From positions 1,280,001 through 1,344,000 of the forward strand of contig CAVYRF010000002.1 in the NCBI GenBank assembly GCA_963770895.1: DNA of 64,000 bases. The letters are read 5' to 3'. Numbering within the stretch: the first letter of the stretch is position 1; every line of letters starts with the position of its first letter. Positions 19,913 through 29,130 of this stretch are shown piece after piece. A program made the position numbers and the translations under genes. The notes beneath the pieces are model-generated. The model searched no databases, was not told the origin of the DNA, and was given only the letters and a program-made list of their open reading frames with translations. Origin of the DNA: an uncultured Acidobacteriota bacterium. Lineage in GTDB: Bacteria; Acidobacteriota; Thermoanaerobaculia; Multivoradales; UBA5704.

Positions 19913-20164
19913 TCAGGGATGCGCCTCATCAACGACCCGTATGCGGCGTTTGATAATCTGCCGGATGTGGCTGGCGAGCTGCGCCTTGGTCAGCTCCGCT
20001 TCTGGCTCGGCAAAGCCAAGATCTGCGAACACATTGCCGCTGCCTGGCGTCACCGGGATTTCAGGTTCGTGCTTTTGGAACGCCCGTTTGAGTCGCTGTT
20101 CGACCAACGTGAGCTCCACTTTCGGGGTGGCAATGCCGCGCTTGGATTTTTCTGGAAGGCGTGC
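19913..20164 (-). pseudogene. Deleted duplicate of the relE-higA module
   Basis: Near-identical to segments of 18157-18610. The HTH-coding segment and the toxin/antitoxin junction are deleted and the toxin 5' part is missing. Confidence 0.85.
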
Positions 20165-20902
20165 GGGCTTCCAGGACGGCCCGGATGAGATCGGCCTTGC
20201 GGGCAGCTACCGTGTATTGCCTGTCGGTTTGAAGCAGGTCTAGGGCTTCGTTTTCGAGCAGCTTCAGGCGATCCGTGAGAAGGGTGAGGATCACTCCCAG
20301 CCCAGCCCGAGCCGACATTGCGCCGGGGCCAGTCCTGCTCCTGCTGAGATGCCGCCGGATGCCCCGCGCTATGGACTCTTTCTGGTCGGGAGCGACTTTT
20401 TCAGCGATGGCTTCTGACGCGGCGGTGACGCCCAAGCCGCGCGCGTCCATCAACTCCCGCGCCCGAGCGGCGAGCTGCCGGTAGTCGTGCTGCCTGCCCT
20501 TCCTGCGCTGCGTCAGAGCGCACCCCCACCAGGCGCCCCACAGGAGGAAGAACGGCGCGGCGGCCGGTGTGGGGGCCGGTGTTCGGGGATCAGCCTAGCC
20601 GCGCTTGACGCGGTATTTTAGCAGTAGAATGGTTCATGGCCAACGGAGAGGATAAGCATCATAACGTAGACGCACAGGAGCTTAAATGGCTTTGACAAGG
20701 AAGCACCTCTCGCCCTGCCAGGTAGCCGGCTGCAAAGAGGACTCGGATGGCGACGCCACGCCAATTCCCCTTCCCGGCGATCTACATCTGTTGGTTTACC
20801 TGTGTAATCGGCACCGCGACCAGTACAAGGCGGCCCTCACCACTTGAGCGGGCGCTAGGAGCGGGACACCGCTACGGTGCCGCCGCAGGAAGAGGCTGGG
20901 CG

Positions 20903-21127
20903 ATGGACGAAATACAGCGCGCGCAGTTCGAAGGCAAGCCGTGCCAAGGTCGGGTCCAGGACGGTGCCGGGCAGGATGTCTGCACGGGAACGATGCGGTA
21001 CCTCGGCGGCGGCGTAGTCGAGTGCACCGGGCAAGAGCACCACCGCTGGTCGATCATGGTCGTTGAGGAGACCCAGGAACTTAAGCTCGTTCCCGAGACG
21101 ATCCTTCCCCTGTACGTGGAAGACTGA
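20903..21127 (+). CDS. Small hypothetical protein with Cys/His residues (possible metal binding)
   Basis: AGGAAGAGG upstream. C...C...C...HH spacing. Confidence 0.45.
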   Translation: MDEIQRAQFEGKPCQGRVQDGAGQDVCTGTMRYLGGGVVECTGQEHHRWSIMVVEETQELKLVPETILPLYVED

Positions 21128-21207
21128 CGAAAGGCGGCGCGGCGGGCCGGGCTACGGGGCGCCCGGCGTTCGGCGGCCAAACCTAGCCAGCCGCGCCTGG
21201 GAGGATT

Positions 21208-21396
21208 CTACTTCGGCGGTGGGATCAGCGGCTCAACCCGCTGCGCCTGCTCCTCGGCCAGCTCTTCCAACCAGGCCGACACGGACCTGCACTTGAGGAA
21301 GCGGGCCACCCGAGCCCACCGCCGGGCCTGCTCGCGCGAGGCCCGGACGGTGTACGTCGTGATCTTGATTCGGGGAATGGGGCGGGGGTCGGTCAC
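21208..21396 (-). CDS. Small RHH-like DNA-binding protein
   Basis: Beta-strand TTYTVRAS plus two helices (SVSAWLEELA). Overlaps the upstream gene by GTGA. Confidence 0.5.
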   Translation of the reverse strand: MTDPRPIPRIKITTYTVRASREQARRWARVARFLKCRSVSAWLEELAEEQAQRVEPLIPPPK

Positions 21397-21710
21397 TGCT
21401 GCTGTAGGTGGCGGAACCAGTCTTCAAGCTCGCGACGCATGCGGCTCGGCTCCTTCGGCAGGCCGAACACCAGGGCGAAGAACTCCATCGGGTGGAGCTG
21501 GACGACCTCCAGAATGGCGAGCACCGGCCGCAGCTTCACGTCGCAGTCGCCGCGAAGGACGCGGGCAACGTCCACGTGATGGCCGTGCGCCTGGATGGAC
21601 CGCTGCACATGGCGGCGGCTCAGGTCCGCGAAGGCGAGCAGGCTGCGCAGGGCCTCGCGGGTCTTGTCCTCGGCCGAGAGGCCCGCTTCCGACGCGACCA
21701 GGCCGATCAC
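21393..21710 (-). CDS. HTH (XRE-like) protein
   Basis: LSRRHVQR...VARVLRGDCDVKLRPVLAILEVVQLHPMEFF. Paralog of 62978-63277. Confidence 0.6.
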   Translation of the reverse strand: MIGLVASEAGLSAEDKTREALRSLLAFADLSRRHVQRSIQAHGHHVDVARVLRGDCDVKLRPVLAILEVVQLHPMEFFALVFGLPKEPSRMRRELEDWFRHLQQQ

Positions 21711-22069
21711 AGCCGCGCCTCGATCGCCTCGACTAGGCCGCCGACCTGGCGCGCCATGCGGCCGGCGAAGATCGCCAAGTCCTCCTCCTCGGGCGGCAGG
21801 TCCGACTCGTCCGCGGAGCGGCGTACCGAGTCGAGGAAGCCTTCAACGTGCCGCAGGTCGCCAATCGCCGCCCGCAGCTCGGCGTGGGTCATGGACACCT
21901 CGAAGGGCAGGCTGGTGCACTCTATGGCTAGGTCGAAAATCACCCGGCCGAAACTGCGGAGGATTTCGCGGTGCTCGGGGTCATCGATGTAGAGCAGGAT
22001 GCTCTCTCGGATCGCGTCCCCTTCGTTCCAGGGGGATGGGGGCGGGGTAGACTCGGGGCGGTCGGGCAT
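21707..22069 (-). CDS. Hypothetical helical protein, first gene of a 3-gene operon
   Basis: AAGGAG RBS and coupled GTGA overlaps. Confidence 0.6.
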   Translation of the reverse strand: MPDRPESTPPPSPWNEGDAIRESILLYIDDPEHREILRSFGRVIFDLAIECTSLPFEVSMTHAELRAAIGDLRHVEGFLDSVRRSADESDLPPEEEDLAIFAGRMARQVGGLVEAIEARL

Positions 22070-22215
22070 GGGATGGCTCCTTGCTCGGCAAGTCCTCGGC
22101 GGGAGGGTCAGAACTTCCGCCGGGGGCGTCTGTCTGGTTCGGAGAGGTGCGTTCCTCCCCTTACAGGGAGGAACCTACAGCAGGTCTAGGCCGGCGGGAG
22201 CCGGCAACACACTAA

Positions 22216-23526
22216 GGAGTCGCGTCAAAATAACTTGACTATGTTATGAGATTGTGTTTTACTGCGGGACATGCAAGATCCCGCCTCGGCGGAGCAGATT
22301 GCAATGAAGTACCTTTCGCTTGCGCCGATGATGGATGAGCGGATGCGGCGCCAGTGGGCTGCTTCGGAAGCATGGGCCTATGGCTGGGGCGGAGTGCGAG
22401 CGGTGAGCGGGGCTATTGGCATGTCGCCGAATACGATCCGGCGGGGTTTGGCGGAGTTGCAGGACCGGCAGGCTCATCCTGAGGTGCCAGTGGCCTTGCG
22501 GGTTCGCCGGCCCGGTGGCGGGCGTAAGGCGCTGAGCGAGAATGACCCTGACCTGCTGGATGCGTTGGAGCACTTGGTCGACCCGGTGGCGCGCGGCGAC
22601 CCGGAATCCCCGTTGCGCTGGACCTGCAAGAGTACGACCCAATTGTCAGCAGCGTTGACGGGGCAGGGACACGCCTTGAGCCCGCGCAGCGTAGGGCGGC
22701 TGCTGAATGCGGCGGGCTACAGCCTACAGAGCAACCGCAAAACCTTGGAGGGTGCCGCGCATCCGGACCGCAACGCCCAGTTCGAGCACATCAGCCGCAC
22801 GGTCCAGGCGTTTCAGAAGCGGGGCCAACCGGTCATCTCGGTGGACACGAAGAAGAAGGAACTGGTCGGAGCGTTCAAGAATGTCGGACGTGAGTGGCGA
22901 CCGAAGGGAAATCCAGAGTCGGTCAAAATCTACGACTTCGTGGACCCCGAGTTGGGCAAAGCAATTCCCTATGGCGTGTATGACCTGAGCTCGAACCAGG
23001 GGTGGGTGAGCGTCGGCGTGGACCACGACACAGCCCGGTTCGCCGTCGAAGCGATCCGTCGTTGGTGGCGTAAGATGGGTTCCCCTCGCTACCCCAACGC
23101 CCGCGAGTTGCTGATCACCGCCGATGGCGGTGGCAGCAACGGCAGTCGCTGCCGGCTCTGGAAGGTTGCGCTGCAAGACTTGGCGAGCCAGCTGGGCCTG
23201 ACCATCAACGTCCGCCACTTCCCGCCGGGCACCAGCAAGTGGAACAAGATCGAGCATCGCATGTTCTGCCACATCACCGAAAACTGGCGGGGCAAACCGC
23301 TGATCAGTCACGACGTCATCATCAACCTAATCGCTGCCACGGTGACCAAGGCTGGACTGGAGATCCGTGCCGAACTCGACCGCGGTAGCTATCCAACCGG
23401 GGTTGCTGTAGCTGACGAAGAACTCGCGACCGTCAATCTGAAGCGCGCCAGCTTTCACGGCGAATGGAACTACGCCATTCGCCCCAAGCGTCGCAAAAGA
23501 TAGTCATGTTATTCTGGCGCGACTCC
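22216..23526 (+). mobile_element. ISAzo13-family insertion sequence, copy 1 (1311 bp)
   Basis: IRs GGAGTCGCGTCAAAATAAC / GTTATTCTGGCGCGACTCC, flanked by TAA (CTAAG context) on both sides. Confidence 0.92.
22271..23503 (+). CDS. ISAzo13-family DDE transposase
   Basis: GDPESPLRWTCKS, VISVDTKKKEL, ITADGGGSNG, PPGTSKWNKIEH and FHGEWNY motifs. Confidence 0.95.
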   Translation: MQDPASAEQIAMKYLSLAPMMDERMRRQWAASEAWAYGWGGVRAVSGAIGMSPNTIRRGLAELQDRQAHPEVPVALRVRRPGGGRKALSENDPDLLDALEHLVDPVARGDPESPLRWTCKSTTQLSAALTGQGHALSPRSVGRLLNAAGYSLQSNRKTLEGAAHPDRNAQFEHISRTVQAFQKRGQPVISVDTKKKELVGAFKNVGREWRPKGNPESVKIYDFVDPELGKAIPYGVYDLSSNQGWVSVGVDHDTARFAVEAIRRWWRKMGSPRYPNARELLITADGGGSNGSRCRLWKVALQDLASQLGLTINVRHFPPGTSKWNKIEHRMFCHITENWRGKPLISHDVIINLIAATVTKAGLEIRAELDRGSYPTGVAVADEELATVNLKRASFHGEWNYAIRPKRRKR

Positions 23527-23624
23527 TAAGGCCCCACTACCGGTGCCCCGCGTGGTTTGACAGCTCTGGGGGGATGTGGCAGGATGCAGCCTCGCCTTCG
23601 CGCTGCGGAGGCTGGTTGAACTGA

Positions 23625-23702
<78 letters not shown>

Positions 23703-23729
23703 CGCAAGGTCTGCCTACAAGGGCTTCTC

Positions 23730-23767
23730 AAGAGGTAGGGCGGCGTGAGCTTCCCTACCTCTTTTTT
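23730..23767 (+). terminator. Rho-independent terminator after tRNA-fMet
   Basis: AAGAGGTAGGG...CCCTACCTCTT followed by a T run. Confidence 0.8.
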
Positions 23768-23847
23768 GTTCTTTGGTGTCGCCAGTTCGGCCGCGGTCGC
23801 GCGCTGAACCGGCGAGAAGGCGGACCGGCCGGCACGCTTGGGGTGCG

Positions 23848-25863
23848 ATGAGCGCTGGAAGCGAAGGCAAGCAACAGGACGAGGCGGACGAAGACGCCAC
23901 GCTGGCTGGCAAGGTGCGACGACGGGTCCTGGGGGCTCCTCGTGACGTCACCGACACCTCGCAGCTGCACAAGATGTCGCTCATCGCGTTCCTGGCCTGG
24001 GTGGGGCTGGGGGCGGATGGATTGTCGTCTTCGGCGTACGGCCCTGAGGAGGCGTTCCTTACGCTGGGGACGCACACCTACCTGGCGATCGGCCTGGCGC
24101 TGGCCACCGCCCTGACGGTCCTCATCATTTCGGCGTCGTACAGCAGCATCATCGAGCAGTTTCCGACCGGCGGCGGCGGTTACGTCGTCGCGTCGCACCT
24201 GCTGGGGCCGCGCATCGGCGTGATCTCGGGGTGCGCGCTGGTGGTCGACTACATCCTGACCATCACGGTGTCGATCGCTTCGGGCGGCGACGCCATTTAC
24301 AGCTTCCTGCCGCAGCACATCCACTACCTCAAGCTGCCGTCGGAGTTCCTGGTCATCGCGGCGCTGATCGCGCTCAACCTGCGCGGCGTCAAGGAGTCGA
24401 TCAAGGCGCTGCTGCCGATCTTTTTGGTGTTCCTGGCGACGCACGCGCTGCTCATCGCCTGGTCGTTCTTCGGCCACCTGGGGGAGATCCCGGTGGTGGC
24501 CCACCAGGCGTCGCGCGGCTTCTCGGCCGGCCTGAGCACCCTGGGTCTGTGGGGGATGGGGGCGCTGCTGCTGCGCGCCTACGCGCTGGGCGGCGGCACG
24601 TATACCGGCATCGAGGCGGTGTCCAACGGCTTGCAGATCATGCGCGAGCCGCGGGTCGAAACCGGCAAGCGGACGATGGTCTACATGGCCGTCTCGCTGG
24701 CGCTGACCGCCGGCGGCATCCTGATCGGCTACCTGCTGGTCAACACGCACCACGTCGACGGCAAGACGATGAACGCCATCCTGGCCGAGCGGGTGTTCGG
24801 CGACTGGCGGCTGGGCGCCCTGCCGCTCGGGTTCTGGCTGGTGCTGGTGACCCTGATCTCGGAAGGGCTGCTGCTGGTGGTGGCGGCGCAGGCCGGCTTT
24901 ATCGACGGGCCGCGCGTCATGGCGAACATGGCGACGGACTCGTTCTTCCCGCACCGCTTCGCCGCCCTGTCCGAGCAGCTCACCATGCAGAACGGCGTGC
25001 TGCTGATGGGCGCTTCGGCGCTGGCCATGCTGATGTACACCCGCGGCAACATCCAGACGCTGGTGTACATGTATTCGATCAACGTCTTTCTGACGTTCAC
25101 CCTGTCGCAGCTGAGCATGTGCCGCTACTGGTGGGAGCGGCGCGGCGAGCGGCGCCGGCGGCGGCACCTGGCCATCCACGGCGTGGCGCTGGTCATGTGC
25201 GCCTCGATCCTCGTGATCACCCTGGTCGAGCGCTTCACCCACGGCGGCTGGGTGACAGTGCTGATCACTTCCGCCTTTGTCATCGTCTGCTACCTGATTC
25301 ACGGCCACTACGCGCGCACCCGCGCCGGCCTGCGCCAGCTCGACGAAGTGCTGGGGTCGCTGCCCACGACCGGCGAGCCGAACACCGCGCCGCTGGACCC
25401 CAAGGTGCCGACGGCGGTGCTGCTGGTCAGCTCGTTCAATGGCTTCGGCGTGCACACGATGCTGTCGATCCTGCGGTTCTTCCCCGGCCTCTACAAGCAG
25501 TTCGTGTTCGTGTCGATCGCGGTGGTCGATTCGGGCACGTTCAAGGGCAAGGAGGAGCTGGACGCGCTGCGCCAGCACAGCGAGGAAGACCTGGCCAAGT
25601 ACGTGGACCTGGCGCGCCGCCTGGGCTTCCCGGCCACCAGCATCAGCCAGATGGGGATCGAAGTGGTGAGCGAAGCCTTGGCGCTCTGCAAGCGCCTGGC
25701 CCAGGTGTACCCGCGCGCCACCATCTTCACCGGCAAGCTGGTGTTCCGCCAGGAGCGCTTCTTCTACCGCCTGCTGCACAACGAGACGTCCTGGATCATC
25801 CAGCGCCGCCTGCAGTGGATGGGCGTGCCGATGGTGGTGCTGCCGATCCGCTCGCAGGTCTGA
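23848..25863 (+). CDS. APC family permease (KimA/YdaO-like K+ or amino acid transporter)
   Basis: GADGLSSSAYGPEE, FPTGGGGY, DYILT and TGIEAVSNG motifs, plus a C-terminal soluble domain ending LLHNET. Confidence 0.85.
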   Translation: MSAGSEGKQQDEADEDATLAGKVRRRVLGAPRDVTDTSQLHKMSLIAFLAWVGLGADGLSSSAYGPEEAFLTLGTHTYLAIGLALATALTVLIISASYSSIIEQFPTGGGGYVVASHLLGPRIGVISGCALVVDYILTITVSIASGGDAIYSFLPQHIHYLKLPSEFLVIAALIALNLRGVKESIKALLPIFLVFLATHALLIAWSFFGHLGEIPVVAHQASRGFSAGLSTLGLWGMGALLLRAYALGGGTYTGIEAVSNGLQIMREPRVETGKRTMVYMAVSLALTAGGILIGYLLVNTHHVDGKTMNAILAERVFGDWRLGALPLGFWLVLVTLISEGLLLVVAAQAGFIDGPRVMANMATDSFFPHRFAALSEQLTMQNGVLLMGASALAMLMYTRGNIQTLVYMYSINVFLTFTLSQLSMCRYWWERRGERRRRRHLAIHGVALVMCASILVITLVERFTHGGWVTVLITSAFVIVCYLIHGHYARTRAGLRQLDEVLGSLPTTGEPNTAPLDPKVPTAVLLVSSFNGFGVHTMLSILRFFPGLYKQFVFVSIAVVDSGTFKGKEELDALRQHSEEDLAKYVDLARRLGFPATSISQMGIEVVSEALALCKRLAQVYPRATIFTGKLVFRQERFFYRLLHNETSWIIQRRLQWMGVPMVVLPIRSQV

Positions 25864-25965
25864 CGCGGCGCCACCACGCTCCCGGCGCCGGCGCGGTTCT
25901 GGCGCCGGCGAGCGCTGCGAGTTCGGCGGGCGTCGACCGGGGTCTGCCGGGGTCTGCCGAGCGGA

Positions 25966-27408
25966 TCAGCGGCGGGTGGCGGCGCCGACTGCCGGAACCG
26001 CCGGGACCGCAGGCGCGGGTTCCGCCTGGTTGCCCGCCGCGGCCACCTGCACGTCCACTGCCGCTGCCGCGGCAACCGAAGGCACGGTCGCAGCGGCCGG
26101 AATCACGTTGCCGTCGACGACAGCGCTCTGCCGCGGCTCGGGGCGCACGCGCCAGGTGAGAAAGCCGCCGCCCAGCATGAGCACCGCAGCCACCCAGAAG
26201 GGGAAGTTGACGTATTTGCCGAACAGCCAGGCGGCCCACAGCGGCCCGACCATGCGGGCGATGCCGCCGAACAGCTGCTGCACCCCCATGATCTGGCCCG
26301 TCTCTTCACGCGGGCAGCGGCGTGTCACCATGGCGGTGGTGGACGGGAAGAGCAGCGCCGTGCCCACCGGCACCAGGGTGATGATCAGCGCGAAGCAGGC
26401 GACGCGCATCGCGTAGGGCCCACCCAGCCACACCGGCAGCGGGATGGCGCCCATGCCCAGCGCCAGCGCCAGCGTTCCCAGGCGCATGGCGCCGACTTCG
26501 CCCAGGCGCCGGATCGCGGGGCCGAGCAGCACCGCGCGCATCACCACCGAGATCACCCCGACGAAGCCGTAAAACAGGTTGATGGTGTGCTCGGTGACGC
26601 CGTAAGCGCGCTGCAGATACAGCCCGAGCACCGAGTTCATGGCCATGAAAATCATCATGCCCAGGCCGTAGATCCAGATCAGCGACCCGACCGGCGACCC
26701 CGGCTCGCGCACCACCTGCCACATGCGCAGCCACACGGAGACGCGCGGCGCGGCGCCGACGGCGCTGGCAGTCCCGGACGGCACCACACCACCGCCCGAC
26801 CCCGCCGCGACGTCCCGGCGCTTCGATTCGGGCAGCCAGCGCCAGGCGGACAGCAGGTTGAGCAGGCATAGACCGGCCGCCAGGTAGCCAGGCGCCGAAC
26901 GCCCGAGGTAGGTGGCGGCGCCGCCGATCAGCGCGCCGATGCTGACGCCGGCGCTGGTGGCGGCGCTGACCCATCCCAAGGCCTTGGCCCGCTCCTCGGG
27001 CGCGATCGAATCGCTGACGTAGGCCTGCACGACGCCGACCGTGCCGCTGCCGGCACCTTGCACCAGGCGGGTGAGCAGCAGCATGGTCAGCGTGGTGGCC
27101 AGACCGAACAGGGTGTAGGCCACCACCGACAGGAACAGGCCGGCAAGGATCATCGGGCGCCGGCCGTAGCGGTCGGACATGCGCCCCCACAACGGCGACA
27201 CCACGATCTGGGCAAGGAAGAAGGTGGACACCAGCACGCCGACGAACGCCGGCGGCGCGTGCATGCGGAGGGCGTAGAACGGCAGCAGCGGCAGCACGAT
27301 CATGGCGCCGGCCATGTCGACGAAGACCGTCGCCATCAGGATCCACAGCTGGCGCACCGCGGCGCCTCGGCTGGGTGCAGCGGGGGCGGTCATCACGGCG
27401 GAAGTCAT
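25966..27408 (-). CDS. MFS transporter (TetA/DHA1-like)
   Basis: Motif A GRMSDRYGRRP, about 12 TM helices, LPES. Confidence 0.9.
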   Translation of the reverse strand: MTSAVMTAPAAPSRGAAVRQLWILMATVFVDMAGAMIVLPLLPFYALRMHAPPAFVGVLVSTFFLAQIVVSPLWGRMSDRYGRRPMILAGLFLSVVAYTLFGLATTLTMLLLTRLVQGAGSGTVGVVQAYVSDSIAPEERAKALGWVSAATSAGVSIGALIGGAATYLGRSAPGYLAAGLCLLNLLSAWRWLPESKRRDVAAGSGGGVVPSGTASAVGAAPRVSVWLRMWQVVREPGSPVGSLIWIYGLGMMIFMAMNSVLGLYLQRAYGVTEHTINLFYGFVGVISVVMRAVLLGPAIRRLGEVGAMRLGTLALALGMGAIPLPVWLGGPYAMRVACFALIITLVPVGTALLFPSTTAMVTRRCPREETGQIMGVQQLFGGIARMVGPLWAAWLFGKYVNFPFWVAAVLMLGGGFLTWRVRPEPRQSAVVDGNVIPAAATVPSVAAAAAVDVQVAAAGNQAEPAPAVPAVPAVGAATRR

Positions 27409-27426
27409 CGGGCTACCTCGACTGCT

Positions 27427-29076
27427 TCAGTGTCCGTCGGCGGGGCTCCACAGGAAGAACGCCGTTGCGCTGCCAGCCATCAGCAACACGCCATAGACCG
27501 CGCCCATTCCGAGATCCTGCAGCTGCACGTTGGCCAGGATCTCGATCGCGATGGGCCGGGTGTCATACGTATAGAGCACGATGGAAGTTACGAAGTCCCC
27601 CAGGGCGGTGATGAACGCCAGCCCGGCGCCGGCGGCGAGCGCCGGACGCAGCAGCGGCAGGATGACACGCCGCAGCGTGCGGCCGCGGCCGGCCCCCAGC
27701 GCCGCCGCCGCCTCGGGCAGCGCCGGGTCCAGGCCGCTCAGGCCGGCGAGCGCCGCCCGCCCGGTGAGCGGCAGGCTGCGCACCAGGTAGCACAGCGGCA
27801 GCAGCACCGGCGTGCCGATCAGCACGAAGCGGCCAACCCAGGGGGCGTTGACACCGAACATCGCCGCCAGCGCAATCGCGAACACCGTGCCGGGGATCGC
27901 CCACGGCAGGCCGACCAGCGCCTCCAGCAGGCCGCCCAAGCGACCCCGGCGCCGCCGCGCCGCGAGCGCCGCCCCAAGCCCCAGGGCGACCGCGCCGGCG
28001 GTCGCGACCGTCGCCATCCATAGCGAGTTGACCAGCGGCCGCAGATGCTCGCGGTCGCCCAGCTGCGCGTAGTTGCCGAAGTTGAGCACCGGCGGGAACG
28101 TCTGGTCGATCCAGGTGCCGGCCGGCACCAGCGAGATCAGCACCATCACCAGGTGGGGCAGCAGCAGCAGCAGCGCCAGGCCGTAGCCGGCGGCGGCCAC
28201 CGCGGCGCGCCCCAGCGGCGAGCGGACCCGCCGGCGCGCCGGCGCCACTCCCCGCACCCCGGTCGCCGGGACGCCGGCGCCGCCGGTGCGCTGGCTGGCC
28301 CACAGCCCCACGAGCGCCACCGCGGCCAGCATCACCGTCTCAACCTGCGACATCGCGCGATCGCCGTTGAGCTTCGACGCCAGGATCTGGGTCGGCATGA
28401 CGCGGAACGAGCCGCCGAAGAGGTACGGCGCCGAAAACGACGCCAGCGCGGTCATGAAGGTGAGCAGCGCCGCCGCCGCCAGCGCCGGGCGCAGCTGCGG
28501 CAGGGTGACGCGCCACAGGCGGCGCCAGCCGCCCGCTCCCAGCGACGCCGCGGCTTCCAGCAGCGCCGCGTCCAGGCGCGCCAAACCGGCGCGGGTGAAC
28601 AGGTAGAAGTACACGTAGAACGAATAGGTGTGCACCAGCAGGATGGCGCCCGGACCGGTCAGACGCCAGGGAGCGTTCTCCAGGTGCAGCAGCGTCTGCA
28701 CGGCACGCGACACGAAGCCGCTCTCCCCATACAGGAAGAGGAACGCGATCACCCCGACGAGCGGCGGCAGCGCCACCGGCAGCGCCGCCACGGCGCCCAG
28801 GAACCGCCGACCGGGGAACTCGGCGCGCTCGAAAATGAACGCCAGCGGCACCCCGACCGCCGCCGCCGTGACGACCGATGCCACCGAAATCCAGAGGCTT
28901 CGCCACAGCGCCAGCCATTCGTCGGGCCGCCGGCAGAATCGCGCCAGGTATTCGCCCGTCCACCCCCCCGGCCCGCGCAGCGCCTCCAGCAGCGTGATCA
29001 CCAGCGGATACGCCACCAGCCAGGCCAGCACCACCGCCAGCAACCACGTCCCCCAGGGCAGCCGCCGGCCTCTCAC
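27427..29076 (-). CDS. Fe3+-type ABC transporter permease
   Basis: Two EAA---LGA motifs and LPPLVG. Confidence 0.88.
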   Translation of the reverse strand: MRGRRLPWGTWLLAVVLAWLVAYPLVITLLEALRGPGGWTGEYLARFCRRPDEWLALWRSLWISVASVVTAAAVGVPLAFIFERAEFPGRRFLGAVAALPVALPPLVGVIAFLFLYGESGFVSRAVQTLLHLENAPWRLTGPGAILLVHTYSFYVYFYLFTRAGLARLDAALLEAAASLGAGGWRRLWRVTLPQLRPALAAAALLTFMTALASFSAPYLFGGSFRVMPTQILASKLNGDRAMSQVETVMLAAVALVGLWASQRTGGAGVPATGVRGVAPARRRVRSPLGRAAVAAAGYGLALLLLLPHLVMVLISLVPAGTWIDQTFPPVLNFGNYAQLGDREHLRPLVNSLWMATVATAGAVALGLGAALAARRRRGRLGGLLEALVGLPWAIPGTVFAIALAAMFGVNAPWVGRFVLIGTPVLLPLCYLVRSLPLTGRAALAGLSGLDPALPEAAAALGAGRGRTLRRVILPLLRPALAAGAGLAFITALGDFVTSIVLYTYDTRPIAIEILANVQLQDLGMGAVYGVLLMAGSATAFFLWSPADGH

Positions 29077-29130
29077 GCCGCCGGCCCCGTGCCTCTGGCC
29101 GCAGCGGCCGGCGCGCCAGGAGCGGCTGGT

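Noticed and set aside
18050-20164. Repeat pairs as DGR template/variable regions
   Set aside because: No reverse transcriptase in the window. Differences include deletions and non-adenine changes.
20061-20453. ORF of possible phage origin
   Set aside because: No recognisable motif, and its 3' end runs into the TA remnant. Cannot be supported as a gene.
23768-23847. ydaO/c-di-AMP riboswitch before the KimA-like permease
   Set aside because: Only ~80 bp lie between the tRNA terminator and the ATG, with no recognisable consensus.
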